From positions 1,088,001 through 1,152,000 of the forward strand of contig CBDBDR010000017.1 of assembly GCA_965203965.1 (NCBI GenBank): a stretch of 64,000 bases of DNA. Direction: 5' to 3'. The notes below the pieces were generated by a model. That model had not been told where the DNA came from, searched no databases, and saw only the letters and a program-made list of their open reading frames with translations. The position numbers were made by a program, and so were the translations under genes. The DNA comes from Thermodesulfobacteriota bacterium. Its GTDB lineage: Bacteria > Desulfobacterota_D > UBA1144 > Nemesobacterales > JAJCZQ01. This document shows, one piece after another, positions 62,782 to 64,000 of this stretch. Position 1 is the first letter of the stretch. Each line of letters starts with the position of its first letter.

Positions 62782-63867
62782 TTATTTACCTAAAACTTTT
62801 CTTAAAGCTGCTATAAATTTTCTGTTCTCTTCCCCAGTTCCAACCGTTACTCTCAAATGGGATTTTAACCCATATCCGCCGACGGGCCTCACAATTACAC
62901 CTTCCTTTAATAATTTGCTGTATATTGGCATGGAATCTTCCTCAAGGTCAATAAGAATAAAATTTGTATAAGACTTTATAAACCTGATGTTCAGGGAGTT
63001 AAAATTTCTTTCCATAAAACTCATTCCAATTTTGTTAACCTCATTAGTAGTAACCAGATGTTCCTTATCATCCATTGCTGCAAGTGCTGCTATCTGAGCA
63101 ATGGAGTTAACGTTGAAAGGTTGTCTTATTCTACTGACGTAATCAGTAATATTTTCAGAGGCAACAGCATATCCAATACGAAGCCCTGCAAGACCATAGA
63201 TTTTAGAAAAAGTTCTTATTGTGATCAAATTGGGCTTTTCACTGTGGTATTCAAGCGAATTAGGATAATTTTTATCATCAACATATTCAAAATAAGCTTC
63301 ATCAACAACTATTAACACATCGTCTGGAACAACCGATAAAAACCTCTCAAAATCTGCTTTTCTGAAAATAGTTCCGGTTGGATTGTTAGGATTGGCAAGA
63401 AAGATGATTTTTGTTCTGCCGGTTATCCTTGAGGTAATGTCCTCTAAATTATGAACCATATCAGGCATAGGAGAAATAATGTGTCTGGCACCAATGGATT
63501 GCACTACAATCGAGTAAACGATAAATGCGTATTCACCGTAAATTGCTTCATTTTCACCGCAAAGATATGTTTTGGCTATCAACTCAATCACATCATTTGA
63601 GCCATTGCCAATCGTTAGATTTTCCACTTTCACACCTAAAAATGAGGCTATTTTTTTCTTTAGATAAAAACAGTCTCCATCAGGATAACGATGGAGGTTA
63701 CTAACCGTTTTTTCAACTGCTTCCATGGCCAACCTTGATGGGCCGGAGGGGTTTTCGTTAGACGCAATTTTTACTGAATCCTCTATACCATACTCACGTT
63801 CCAACTCCTCAATTGGTTTGCCGGGAACATAGGGTATCAGTTTCTTAATCTGGCTAAGAGGTTCCAC
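62782..63867 (-). CDS. hisC: histidinol-phosphate aminotransferase
   Basis: YVPGKP, ASNENP, NPNNPTG, DEAY, RTFSKIYGLAGLRIGY. Confidence 0.95.
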   Translation of the reverse strand: MEPLSQIKKLIPYVPGKPIEELEREYGIEDSVKIASNENPSGPSRLAMEAVEKTVSNLHRYPDGDCFYLKKKIASFLGVKVENLTIGNGSNDVIELIAKTYLCGENEAIYGEYAFIVYSIVVQSIGARHIISPMPDMVHNLEDITSRITGRTKIIFLANPNNPTGTIFRKADFERFLSVVPDDVLIVVDEAYFEYVDDKNYPNSLEYHSEKPNLITIRTFSKIYGLAGLRIGYAVASENITDYVSRIRQPFNVNSIAQIAALAAMDDKEHLVTTNEVNKIGMSFMERNFNSLNIRFIKSYTNFILIDLEEDSMPIYSKLLKEGVIVRPVGGYGLKSHLRVTVGTGEENRKFIAALRKVLGK

Positions 63868-64000
63868 TAATCAATCTTTCCAATAGGGTAGGAGCCTATA
63901 ATTTTTAGAAAAATGCAGTTCTTTTCCACTTTATCTATCAATGCTTTGATTTTTTTATCCTTATGATGTCCAACAAAATCAGCAAAAAAAACATATTTCC
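63867..64000 (-). CDS. pheA: prephenate dehydratase C-terminal ACT end (partial; gene enters from the right edge)
   Basis: WKYVFFADFVGH...FLKIIGSYP*; canonical pheA-hisC-tyrA order. Confidence 0.85.
   Translation of the reverse strand, partial: KYVFFADFVGHHKDKKIKALIDKVEKNCIFLKIIGSYPIGKID

Overview
AT-rich bacterial chromosome segment made up mostly of housekeeping genes: thiL, a CNNM pair, hisB/H, a sigma70 factor, sod, comEC, ispD/F, purB, gshA, atpF'FHAGDC, nrdJ, ruvX, trkH, folK/D, thiD, pyk, msrB and tyrA/hisC/pheA. The gene orders look deltaproteobacteria-like, possibly Ca. Dadabacteria; this is inference only. The main accessory content is as follows. (1) The left edge holds the 5' 290 codons of a type II-C-like cas9 (minus strand, 870 to <1), which the ORF track misses because it runs off the window. 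A divergently transcribed tracrRNA candidate lies at about 970-1090. No CRISPR array is in the window. (2) A ~3.3-kb island between atpC and nrdJ carries a 5'-truncated Mu gpF/MuF gene with a BECR/PBECR-like RNase C-terminus. It is followed not by an immunity ORF but by a ~120-nt structured element with its own convergent sigma70 promoter. The island also has a Dam-type methylase/PD-(D/E)XK nuclease pair and an XRE regulator. (3) A CHAD-ParA-CYTH operon, possibly for polyphosphate positioning. (4) An acyl-CoA catabolic set: ACAD, a thiolase-fold protein, two DUF35 proteins lacking Zn ligands, MaoC, and tandem acetoacetate-decarboxylase-like paralogues. (5) A small family of REP-like palindromes, one possibly inserted in frame in nrdJ. 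All assignments come from motif recognition by eye; no searches were run.
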